Source: an uncultured Verrucomicrobiae bacterium
GTDB lineage: Bacteria > Verrucomicrobiota > Verrucomicrobiia > Limisphaerales > Palsa-1400
Reading direction: 5' to 3'
DNA length: 64,000 bases
NCBI GenBank assembly: GCA_963759415.1
Contig: CAVWZG010000001.1
Location: 111,585 to 175,584, forward strand
Within the stretch, counting starts at the first letter, position 1, and every line of letters begins with the position of its first letter. The translations under genes and the position numbers were made by a program. Below the pieces are notes generated by a model that saw only the letters and a list, made by a program, of their open reading frames with translations, was not told the DNA's origin and searched no databases. Shown one piece after another: positions 34,739 through 43,285 of the stretch.

Positions 34739-35299
34739 ATGAACTTTCGCTTTAATCTTAGCAAGGCGACCGAAGCTGCGTGCCTGTTTCTGGAACGCGA
34801 AGGCGGGCAGATGAATATTATGAAGCTGGTCAAGCTCATGTATCTTCTGGACAGGCTTTCGCTCGACCGGCGCAACTCGCCTGTCTGCGGCGGGGATTAT
34901 CTCTCCATGCGCAATGGTCCGGTGACGAGTGAAGTGCTTGACCTCCTCAACGCCGGCAGGCTAATCGGTGAATCCGACCAGCGATGGGAGCAGTGCGTCA
35001 GCAACCGGACCAATCACGAGGTGAAACTGGAAAGAATGCCAGCCCGCGAAAACCTCGCCGACGCCGAGGTGTCGTTGCTGGACGAAATTTGGAAGGAACA
35101 CGGCCAGAAAGATCATTGGCAACTGGTGGATTGGTGTCACCGTCACTGCAAGGAATGGGTCCCCGTGACAAATGGCTGCGCACCCATCGCCGTCGAGCAG
35201 GTGGGAATCGCGTTAGGTAAAAGCCCGGAGCAGGTCAACCGCCTTCGCCAGGAGGCCGTCGAGTTGAATCAACTCGATGAAATCTTCGCCGAGGCATGA
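34739..35299 (+). CDS. Panacea / SocA-like (DUF4065) antitoxin-domain protein
   Basis: 186-aa ORF. IMKLVKLMYLLDRLSL...GGDYLSMRNGPVTSEVLDLL fits the N-terminal pattern of DUF4065 proteins as I remember it. GC is lower than in the flanks. Confidence 0.65.
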   Translation: MNFRFNLSKATEAACLFLEREGGQMNIMKLVKLMYLLDRLSLDRRNSPVCGGDYLSMRNGPVTSEVLDLLNAGRLIGESDQRWEQCVSNRTNHEVKLERMPARENLADAEVSLLDEIWKEHGQKDHWQLVDWCHRHCKEWVPVTNGCAPIAVEQVGIALGKSPEQVNRLRQEAVELNQLDEIFAEA

Positions 35300-35664
35300 T
35301 CCGGCTTGGTATGGCTTTGAAAAGCCAGGAGCCGCCGTTCCACCGCTGCCTTGTTATTTCCAACCCGCAGGCCAACGGGGGACAAGTCGTTCTGGTGCGC
35401 GTGACCACCGATGACGGAACTTGGCCTGACCGCGATTGCATTCTCACGCCAGCCGATTGGAGTGAGTTGGAGCATGATTCCACGGTTGCTTTTTCCACCT
35501 GCAAGTTTGGCCCGGCAGTCCAAGCGTTGGAAGCCGCAATTCAACGCGGATTATTTCAAGAAATCTCATCCCCGCCGCTTGCGGTGCTACGGAAGGTCAT
35601 CCTGGCAGGCCACTCATCGCGATGCCTGGCGCCAAGGGCAAAGAATCTGCTAGGCCAAATTTGA
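35296..35664 (+). CDS. 122-aa hypothetical protein, translationally coupled to the Panacea-domain gene (candidate toxin)
   Basis: Its ATG overlaps the upstream stop (ATGA at 35296..35299). I can name no family for it. Confidence 0.55.
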   Translation: MIRLGMALKSQEPPFHRCLVISNPQANGGQVVLVRVTTDDGTWPDRDCILTPADWSELEHDSTVAFSTCKFGPAVQALEAAIQRGLFQEISSPPLAVLRKVILAGHSSRCLAPRAKNLLGQI

Positions 35665-35746
35665 TTTTTCGGCTGCGCCGCGGCTGAATTAATCAACGCT
35701 TTATTTCTTCTTGGCATACTGGTCGCGAGTGCTATATCTGCTGACC

Positions 35747-38050
35747 ATGAACACGCTGAACTTTCTTCCCGCCTGGGCGCTCTCTGGTTGCTTGCTTTCC
35801 ATCTTGCCGTTTACGGCGCGGGGGGTTGACCAAACACAGAACCAATCCAATAATCCCCCGGTCGTCATCACCGCCGGACCGGACTGGATTCCCTTGCGGC
35901 CCGCGCTCGACATCGAGCCTGGGTCCGCGCTGGATTTTTCCAATCTTGGTCTTTCGGACGCGCCGGCGGGCAAACATGGGTGGGTAATGGCCGGCGCCAA
36001 TGGCCAATTCGCGTTCGAGGATTCGCCCAAAGTGCCGCGCCGGTTTTATGGAGTGAACCTCTGTTTCAGCTCGCAGTACCTCGACAAATCCCAAGCCGAC
36101 GCTCTGGCGGAACGCTTGGCGCGATTGGGCTACAACGCCGTGCGCCTTCACCACTACGAACGCGAACTTACGCAGGGTCAGCCCGAAAGCACGACCCTGA
36201 ACCCCAAAAAGGTGGACCAATTCGATTACCTGCTCTCGGCTTTGATTCACCGTGGCCTTTATCTGACAACGGACCTGTATGTGTCGCGTCCGGTGCCCTG
36301 GCGCGAAATCGGCGTGGACAAGGAGGGGTTGATCCCCATGGACACCTTCAAAATTCTGGTGCCGGTGCATCCAGGGGCGTTTGAAAACTGGAAGAAATTC
36401 GCCCGCTCGCTCCTGGAGCACGAGAACCCCTACACGCACCGACGCTACGCGAATGAACCGGCGCTGGCCTGGCTGGCGATGATCAATGAGGGCAATTTCG
36501 GAAATTTCTACAAAACCATGCAGACCTTTCCCGAGTGGACCAACTCCTGGAATCATTGGCTGGGACAGCGTTACCAGAACCGGCAGAAACTGGCCGCGGC
36601 CTGGGGGCCGGAACTGAAAGAAACGGAAAATCCGGCTGACCGCACTGTCGCGTTGCCGGAAAAACTCTACGGCGAGGGTTTGCGCGCGCGCGATTGTATC
36701 GCCTTCCTGTCGGATACGGAACATTCCATGGTCATCCGCATGAAGAAGTTTTTGCGGGACGACTTGCATTGCCGCGCCTTGATCAGCAACTCCAGTTCCT
36801 GGACCCGCTTCACCACGGACCAGGCGTCCCGCATGGCCTATGATTATGTGGATGACCATTTTTACGTGGACCACCCGCAATTTCTCCAAGGCGCCTGGCG
36901 GTTGCCCAGCCATTGCGCCAACGCCAGCCCGATTGCCGAGGGTGCGCCGGGCGGGCGCACGCTCGCCTTCACGAGGTTGTTTGACAAGCCGTTTACCGTC
37001 ACGGAATACAATTACGCCGGCCCGGGAAAATTCCGCGGCATCGGCGGCATTCTAACGGGAGCGCTCGGCGCGTTGCAGGGCTGGGGCGGCTTATGGCGGT
37101 TTGATTATAGCAGCAGCCGGGAAGCCGAGTTCGCGCCGTCGCCGATGGGGTATTTCGACATGGTTTGCGATCCGTTGAGCCAGGCGGCCGAACGCGCCTC
37201 GCTCTGCCTGTTTCTGCGCGGCGACCTTCAACCCGCGCCCCATAGTGTGGCCCTGGTTATGACCGAAGCCGACCTCGCCAATCCGGCGGCGAAAATTCCC
37301 ACTCTCGCCCCCCAATGGCATTGGCTGGCCTGGGTGACACGCGTCGGCACGCAAGTCCTGCCCTCGGCGCAACAGCCTCTTTCGGAAACCGCCGTGCTGC
37401 CCCTGGCTTGGTCAACCCCGGCCGCCGCTTATCGCAGCCAGGCCGTGTTGCCGCTGGCTCCTTATGCAGTTGATAACGCCCAACTCCTGACCGCGCTCCA
37501 GGCGCGCAAAACTTTCAAGTTGGACCCGGCACTCGACCCGGCCCGGAAATTTTTCCGCAGCGAGACAGGCGAAATCACGATTGACGCTCCCCGCGGCCAA
37601 CTGGTGTTGGATACCACCCGCACCGCCGGCGGTTATGCGTCGGCCGGTGAGACCATCGACGCGCCCAAAGGCGGAGTGCGGATTTCGATGGCTGGCAGCG
37701 ATGCGACCGTGTGGGTCAGCGCCTTGGACCACAACCCCATCAGCCGCAGCCATCGCCTGCTGGTCACGCATTTGACGGACCTCCAGAACACGAATATCCG
37801 CTACGCCGAGGCGGCGCGCCAAACTTTGTTGGACTGGGGCCGGATGCCGTACCTGGTCCGCGCAGGCAAGGCAGAAGTTAGTATCCGCTTGCAAAAGCCG
37901 GGCGCCTATCAGGTCTGGGCCTTGGGGCCGGGTGGCAAGCGTCTGGCCAAAGTTCCCTGTCAATCGGAAAGCGGAACGCTCCATTTCGTCGCCGACGTGG
38001 CCGGCGACACCGCCGCCGGAGCGAGGATGCTCTACGAGATCGCAAATTAG
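35747..38050 (+). CDS. Secreted glycoside hydrolase-like protein (TIM-barrel, GH5-like N-terminal half), tentative
   Basis: Signal peptide MNTLNFLPAWALSGCLLSILPFTARG, then RRFYGVNLCFSSQYL...LARLGYNAVRLHHYE...GLYLTTDLYV...AWLAMINEGN, a cellulase-like pattern. Confidence 0.5.
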   Translation: MNTLNFLPAWALSGCLLSILPFTARGVDQTQNQSNNPPVVITAGPDWIPLRPALDIEPGSALDFSNLGLSDAPAGKHGWVMAGANGQFAFEDSPKVPRRFYGVNLCFSSQYLDKSQADALAERLARLGYNAVRLHHYERELTQGQPESTTLNPKKVDQFDYLLSALIHRGLYLTTDLYVSRPVPWREIGVDKEGLIPMDTFKILVPVHPGAFENWKKFARSLLEHENPYTHRRYANEPALAWLAMINEGNFGNFYKTMQTFPEWTNSWNHWLGQRYQNRQKLAAAWGPELKETENPADRTVALPEKLYGEGLRARDCIAFLSDTEHSMVIRMKKFLRDDLHCRALISNSSSWTRFTTDQASRMAYDYVDDHFYVDHPQFLQGAWRLPSHCANASPIAEGAPGGRTLAFTRLFDKPFTVTEYNYAGPGKFRGIGGILTGALGALQGWGGLWRFDYSSSREAEFAPSPMGYFDMVCDPLSQAAERASLCLFLRGDLQPAPHSVALVMTEADLANPAAKIPTLAPQWHWLAWVTRVGTQVLPSAQQPLSETAVLPLAWSTPAAAYRSQAVLPLAPYAVDNAQLLTALQARKTFKLDPALDPARKFFRSETGEITIDAPRGQLVLDTTRTAGGYASAGETIDAPKGGVRISMAGSDATVWVSALDHNPISRSHRLLVTHLTDLQNTNIRYAEAARQTLLDWGRMPYLVRAGKAEVSIRLQKPGAYQVWALGPGGKRLAKVPCQSESGTLHFVADVAGDTAAGARMLYEIAN

Positions 38051-38112
38051 CGAGTCACGTATTTTCGTTTCAATATACCAAACAGTTAACGATGGGCATG
38101 GAATCTGCTGAC

Positions 38113-38148
38113 ACCAACAAAATGTCCCAGGTGGGACATATTGTTGGT
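38113..38148. repeat. Inverted repeat with 17-nt arms (one mismatch) and a 2-nt spacer
   Basis: accaacaaaatgtccca gg tgggacatattgttggt, 63 nt downstream of the hydrolase stop and 107 nt upstream of cca. No U-tract follows. Confidence 0.85.
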
Positions 38149-38254
38149 ACGCTTGGCTTGGTGGTGGAGGTGAACATTCTTTGACGTGTTGCACGCGCGC
38201 GCACGGGGCTTTATGCTTCCGGGCGATGAAAATCGCGACAGACCTCGCCTTGGC

Positions 38255-39643
38255 ATGAATTTCGTGCCGTCAGAATTGGAGGAGATTCTCCGACTTACGC
38301 CTGCGTTGCAGCGGGCCTTTCTGGTCGGCGGGTGCGTGCGCGATGGGCTGGCGGGTCTGCCACTGGGGAAAGATTTTGATGTCGAGGTCTTTGGTCTCGA
38401 TTACGAACAACTCATTGCGGCGCTGGCGCGCTGGGGAAGGACCGATTTGGTGGGGCGCTCTTTTGGAGTGGTGAAACTTTCCACCCGGAGCGGACACAGC
38501 TACGATTTCACGCTGCCCCGCAAGGACTCCAAGGTTGGCCCCGGCCATAAGGGATTCGACGTGGCGTTCGATCCGGCCATTTCGCTGCCCGAGGCGGCGG
38601 CGCGAAGGGATTTTACCATCAACTCCGTCATGTACGATCCCCGCGCGCACCAGGTGCTCGATTTTTTCGGCGGCGTGGCGGATATGAAGGCCGGGATTCT
38701 GCGGCACACCAGCGCGGCGTTCAGCGAAGACCCGTTGCGGGTGCTGCGCGGGATGCAGTTCGCGGGGCGTTTCGAGTTGCGCGCGGCGCCGGAAACGGTG
38801 GCCTTGGCGCGCGGCATGAAGGGCAGCTACACGCAATTGGCCGTCGAACGCGTGCGTGAGGAATGGTTCAAATGGGCGCAACGCAGCCGCCTGCCTTCGG
38901 CCGGCCTGCGCTTTTTGGCCGAGACGGAATGGATCGATCATTTCCCGGAAATCAAGGCGCTGATGGGCACGCCGCAGGAACCGGACTGGCACCCGGAAGG
39001 GGACGTTTTCACGCACACCGGCCACTGTTGCGACGCACTGACGCGCCTGCACGCCTGGCGTGACGCGGACGCGGAGTCCAAAATAGCGTACATGCTGGCT
39101 GTGTTGGCGCACGACTTTGGCAAACCAGCCACCACGCATCGCGCCATCAAGGATGGCCGGGAGCGCATCATCTCGCCCGGACACGAAGGGGCCGGAGTGG
39201 AACCAACGCGAGTTTTTTTGGAGCGGCTGCGCACCCCGCTGGCCATCGCGCAACGGGTCATTCCGCTGGTGCAAAACCATCTGTTTCATCTGGAAACCAT
39301 CTCCGACCGCGCCGTGCGGCGTCTGGCCCGGCGTCTGGCGCCGGAGAACATCGAGGGCCTTTGCCTGGTGATGACGGCCGACAGCATGGGCCGTCCGCCG
39401 CGTCCGGCGGAGGTGCCGGAGAACGTCAAGACACTTTTGGCGCGGGCGCACGAACTGGCGGTCCGGCGAAAGCCGCCATCCCCGCTGTTGCAAGGCCGGC
39501 ATTTGCTGCAAATAGGCGTGGCGCCCGGCCCGCGCATGGGAGACATACTTGCCAAGGCCTACGAGGCGCAATTGGAAGGCGTCTTCGGCGACTTGGAAGG
39601 CGCATTGCGTTGGGCCACCGAAGAGGTTAAGGCTAAAGGCTAA
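38255..39643 (+). CDS. cca: CCA-adding tRNA nucleotidyltransferase with HD domain
   Basis: AFLVGGCVRDGLAGLPLGKDFDVEVFG, RRDFTINSVMYD and the HD region LAHDFGKP. The start is chosen at ATG 38255. Confidence 0.85.
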   Translation: MNFVPSELEEILRLTPALQRAFLVGGCVRDGLAGLPLGKDFDVEVFGLDYEQLIAALARWGRTDLVGRSFGVVKLSTRSGHSYDFTLPRKDSKVGPGHKGFDVAFDPAISLPEAAARRDFTINSVMYDPRAHQVLDFFGGVADMKAGILRHTSAAFSEDPLRVLRGMQFAGRFELRAAPETVALARGMKGSYTQLAVERVREEWFKWAQRSRLPSAGLRFLAETEWIDHFPEIKALMGTPQEPDWHPEGDVFTHTGHCCDALTRLHAWRDADAESKIAYMLAVLAHDFGKPATTHRAIKDGRERIISPGHEGAGVEPTRVFLERLRTPLAIAQRVIPLVQNHLFHLETISDRAVRRLARRLAPENIEGLCLVMTADSMGRPPRPAEVPENVKTLLARAHELAVRRKPPSPLLQGRHLLQIGVAPGPRMGDILAKAYEAQLEGVFGDLEGALRWATEEVKAKG

Positions 39644-39645
39644 AC

Positions 39646-41277
39646 ATGAAGCGGTTTATATGGCAGGCAATGGTCATCGGTTTGCTGGCTCTCCGTCTGC
39701 CGGCCCAAACTTCGTTGGAGTTCTTTACCAATCAGGCCAATGCGCTCTTGCAACCGGCCTTCGGTTTCGGAGTCGCGAGTATCCCGGTGTATTCGGTCAC
39801 CAATTCTTCCATCGCCTACAACGCGTCTCTTCATTTCCTGCTGCAATCGGCGGCGAATGCTTACGACACGACGACCCCGGCCACCGATCCCCCGTCCGTT
39901 TTCCGGCCCCTCTTCGGCTGGTCGGGCAATACTCTTTTGATTGTCGGTTACACGAATGTGACGACGGATTTCTACACGCAAATCGGACAGGGATTCAAAA
40001 TGCTGACGGATCCGACGATTTGTTCCAACGACAACGTTTGGGGCATTCCGTGGGTGGTGGGAGCCAAGAACAATCCGCCCGCGTTCAACGAGTACTGCTA
40101 TTCCACCGCCGTGCTCGCTGAACGCAAGCTGCTGTTCATTCGCGCGACAGGTTCCAACGGGCAACCCGACGTCAACCGGCCGCCAGCTTACACGAACCAG
40201 TTTCTTGAGATGTCGATTTCCAATCAGTTTGGAGTCGAGGCTTGGAATTTCGCGCGGTCGAACTATACGAACGGCATGACCATCGTCGCCTCGAATCAGG
40301 TCTCGATCACGATCACCAACAACTACGGTTTTGGGACAAACTACGTGTTCAACGACAGTACTAATTGGATCCTGAATTCATGGCCAGGTTGGACGGGGCG
40401 GGCTTTCGACCGCAGTTTTCTTATCCCTATATTTACCAACGTCGTTTCATTGCCGCCATCATATTGGTCCGAGTCCACTGGACGGTTCGTTGGCTTTAGC
40501 TCCGGAATCATCACCTCAAATCCATTTTTGGCGAGCGACATGACACAGAGGGGATGGCCGGAGCACAATTGGATCTTAAATATCACCAATTACGTCATGT
40601 ACGGCCTTATCGATAACAACAGTGGAGCGGTTTTGGACTTTGTTAATTTGGGCGGCTTTGGCAGTTCTCTCCACATCACACAACTGCTTACCAACCAACC
40701 AGGACTTTTTGGGGCGACAAATTACAATCCTGCATGGGCAACCAACGGCGCCACCGATGCGCCAAATTCTCCCATGTCGTCCGGCGTCCTCTATCAGATC
40801 GCGACCGGGAAGCAAACAAATCAAACTTTCTCCAATGATCTCAATGGACTCCAGCCGGGCACGCTGGGTTCGACTTTCGGCGCTCCCTACGCTGCAACGA
40901 GTGAAATCGTGCAGAACTGCGCGTGGCAAACTGTCAATCCCTTGGTGCATTACACAGTGGAAGACCTGCCTGGAACGGAGAACGAAGTGTTCCTCTCTTT
41001 GCATGGCGCCCCCATTTCAATTGCCAGTCTTGGAAGAATCAATGAGGACTACAATTCCGGCGCGGTCCAAAAACTTGGCTTGGGATGGAGTGCGGGAACT
41101 CCTCAATTGAATTTCTCCGGCGTTAACGATTTGCCTTACACGATCTGGGCTTCGGCGGACTTGCTAAACTGGAGCCAGATCGGCATCGCTTCTCAACCAG
41201 AGGCCGGGTCTTTTCAGTTCAACGACCTGCCCGCAACGAACTATCCCGCGCGCTTTTATCAAGTGCGCCTGCCATAG
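39646..41277 (+). CDS. Secreted hypothetical protein
   Basis: 543-aa ORF with signal peptide MKRFIWQAMVIGLLALRLPAQT. It is N/S/T-rich, AT-richer than its neighbours in sampled lines, and ends in the motif YPARFYQVRLP. I recognise no family. Confidence 0.6.
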   Translation: MKRFIWQAMVIGLLALRLPAQTSLEFFTNQANALLQPAFGFGVASIPVYSVTNSSIAYNASLHFLLQSAANAYDTTTPATDPPSVFRPLFGWSGNTLLIVGYTNVTTDFYTQIGQGFKMLTDPTICSNDNVWGIPWVVGAKNNPPAFNEYCYSTAVLAERKLLFIRATGSNGQPDVNRPPAYTNQFLEMSISNQFGVEAWNFARSNYTNGMTIVASNQVSITITNNYGFGTNYVFNDSTNWILNSWPGWTGRAFDRSFLIPIFTNVVSLPPSYWSESTGRFVGFSSGIITSNPFLASDMTQRGWPEHNWILNITNYVMYGLIDNNSGAVLDFVNLGGFGSSLHITQLLTNQPGLFGATNYNPAWATNGATDAPNSPMSSGVLYQIATGKQTNQTFSNDLNGLQPGTLGSTFGAPYAATSEIVQNCAWQTVNPLVHYTVEDLPGTENEVFLSLHGAPISIASLGRINEDYNSGAVQKLGLGWSAGTPQLNFSGVNDLPYTIWASADLLNWSQIGIASQPEAGSFQFNDLPATNYPARFYQVRLP

Positions 41278-41281
41278 ACGC

Positions 41282-43285
41282 TCACTTCTTGCTTTGCTCC
41301 AGCGCTTGAAGCTGCGCCGCCAGGCTTTCGGCCAGGGAGGTTTCGCCGGCGGAGCGGGCCAGTTGCAGCGCGTGGGTGGCGATGGGGATGGCGCGGTCGG
41401 CACGACCGGCGCGGGCGTAGGCGGCGGCGAGCTTGCCCAGCATGAAATGAGCGCCGGCCAGTCGCGGGCGCAGTTGCGTTACTTTTTCGCATTGATCTAA
41501 TGCCTCATCCAATTGGCCGGCGGCCAGCAGGAGGCCGGCCAGGTTGTAGCGGGCTTCGACAAATTCCGGCGCCAGCGCGACCGCGCGCTCGAAATGAAAC
41601 CGGGCCTGGTTGGTGTCGCCCAACCGCAGGAGGATGCTGCCAAGGTCGCTGTGGGCCAGCGAAAAGTTCGGCTCCAAGGCGATGGATTTTTCATAGTTCG
41701 TGATCGCGGCGGGGATGCGGCCGGTTTGCAACAGGGCGTAGCCAAGGTTGCAATAGGCGCTGGCGAAGTCCGGCAGCAGACGGACCGTCGCTTGAAAATT
41801 GGTAATCGCGTCCTCGTACCGCCGCTGTTTCAAGGCGGCGCGCCCGAGGTTGTAATGGGGGTAGGGATTGCCCGGCTGGACGGCAATGGCGCGTTGGAAA
41901 TGCGCGATCGAATCATCCACCTGGTTCTGTTCCAACAAAGCAAAGCCGAGATTATTCTGCGCGACAGGGTCGTCGGGATGCCCGGCCAGAACATCCCGAG
42001 AAAGCACCATGGATTCGTCGAATTGTTTTTTGTCCAACAGCGCTTGGGAGAGATTGTTGCGGGCCATGGTGGAGGCGGGAGTGGCTTTGAGCGTGGCGCG
42101 CCAGAGCGTTTCGCTGTCAATATAATGTGCGGACTGGCGCCAGGTCAGCAGGCCCAGCAGTATGACCAAAGACGCGGAAAGCAAGACCTTCGCCCCGGCG
42201 AAGCGCCTGAGCAATTTGTCCATGGCCACCGCTGCCAGCGCCAGGGGACCGATGCTGGCCATATATTGGTAATGGTCGGCCACGAAGGTGTAGCGAAATG
42301 TATATTCGGAGATGAACCCCAACAGCGGCGAAAGCATCGCCACATAAAATAAAACCGCCACTTTAACGCCGCGACCGGCGGCCCAAAAGACCGCGCCCGC
42401 GATGACGCAAGCGGCCAGCCAGAGGTAGGGCCAGGGTTGCGCGGGATCGATGTGCCAGCGCGCATAGCTGAACGACAATCCCACGGGCCATATCAGCTTG
42501 GCCAGGTAGAACCAGAGCGCCCGGCTGGCGATGAGCAGACGGCTCATCCAGCCCATGGCGAAAACGTCTCCGACCGTGAATTGATGGTAGTGTTCCCACC
42601 AGACGCTGACCAATCCCATGATCAGCCCCATGGCGAAAAAAGGAACGATCTGCCACGCGCGCCGCCAGTTAATGGGTTTTCCTTGCAGCCAGAGAATCAG
42701 CAGCAACGCCACCGGCCAGGTGCAGGCGGTGGTTTTGGCAAAGAGCGCCAGCGCCTGAAAAAACAACGCTCCGGCGTAAAAGCGCCATGCGCCGGGCCGC
42801 TCTTCGGAAAATTCCACCCAGGCCCAAGCCGTCAGGAGGCAGAAAAAGAGCGAAAGCACGTTTTTCAATTCCGAGACCCACGCCACCGATTCGACCTGGA
42901 CGGGATGAAGGGCAAAGAAAGCCGCCGCCAGCCACGCCGCCGGCAGGCGCAGCCGGCGCAGCAACTGCCACAGCACCAGCGCATTGGCGGCGTGCAGCAG
43001 AATATTGACCCAATGATAGCCGCTGGACGCCAATCCCCACGCGGCCCGCTCCATTCGCAAAACCGTATAGGACATGGGAAAATACTGCGAAGGCGAATCC
43101 AGTGAGAACCATATCCGTTTCAAGCCGTCCGGGGCCGTGAGCAAGCGATTGTTGGTCACGTACATATCGTCGTCCCAGATAAATCCGGCATGCCAGGCCG
43201 GTTGATAGGCCAGGATGACAGCGGCGGCCAGGATGAGCGCCTGGAACCACAATCGGGAGGGGTGGACGGGTCGTTCAGGGGCCAT
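41282..43285 (-). CDS. TMTC-like protein: multi-TM GT-C (PMT-like) domain fused to C-terminal TPR repeats (most divergent paralogue)
   Basis: 667-aa ORF with the acidic loop motif GFIWDDDMYVTNN, WVNILLHAANALVLW, about 10 hydrophobic helices, and then repeated TPR motifs (AYCNLGYALLQTG, ARYNLAGLLLAAG, and others). Confidence 0.75.
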   Translation of the reverse strand: MAPERPVHPSRLWFQALILAAAVILAYQPAWHAGFIWDDDMYVTNNRLLTAPDGLKRIWFSLDSPSQYFPMSYTVLRMERAAWGLASSGYHWVNILLHAANALVLWQLLRRLRLPAAWLAAAFFALHPVQVESVAWVSELKNVLSLFFCLLTAWAWVEFSEERPGAWRFYAGALFFQALALFAKTTACTWPVALLLILWLQGKPINWRRAWQIVPFFAMGLIMGLVSVWWEHYHQFTVGDVFAMGWMSRLLIASRALWFYLAKLIWPVGLSFSYARWHIDPAQPWPYLWLAACVIAGAVFWAAGRGVKVAVLFYVAMLSPLLGFISEYTFRYTFVADHYQYMASIGPLALAAVAMDKLLRRFAGAKVLLSASLVILLGLLTWRQSAHYIDSETLWRATLKATPASTMARNNLSQALLDKKQFDESMVLSRDVLAGHPDDPVAQNNLGFALLEQNQVDDSIAHFQRAIAVQPGNPYPHYNLGRAALKQRRYEDAITNFQATVRLLPDFASAYCNLGYALLQTGRIPAAITNYEKSIALEPNFSLAHSDLGSILLRLGDTNQARFHFERAVALAPEFVEARYNLAGLLLAAGQLDEALDQCEKVTQLRPRLAGAHFMLGKLAAAYARAGRADRAIPIATHALQLARSAGETSLAESLAAQLQALEQSKK

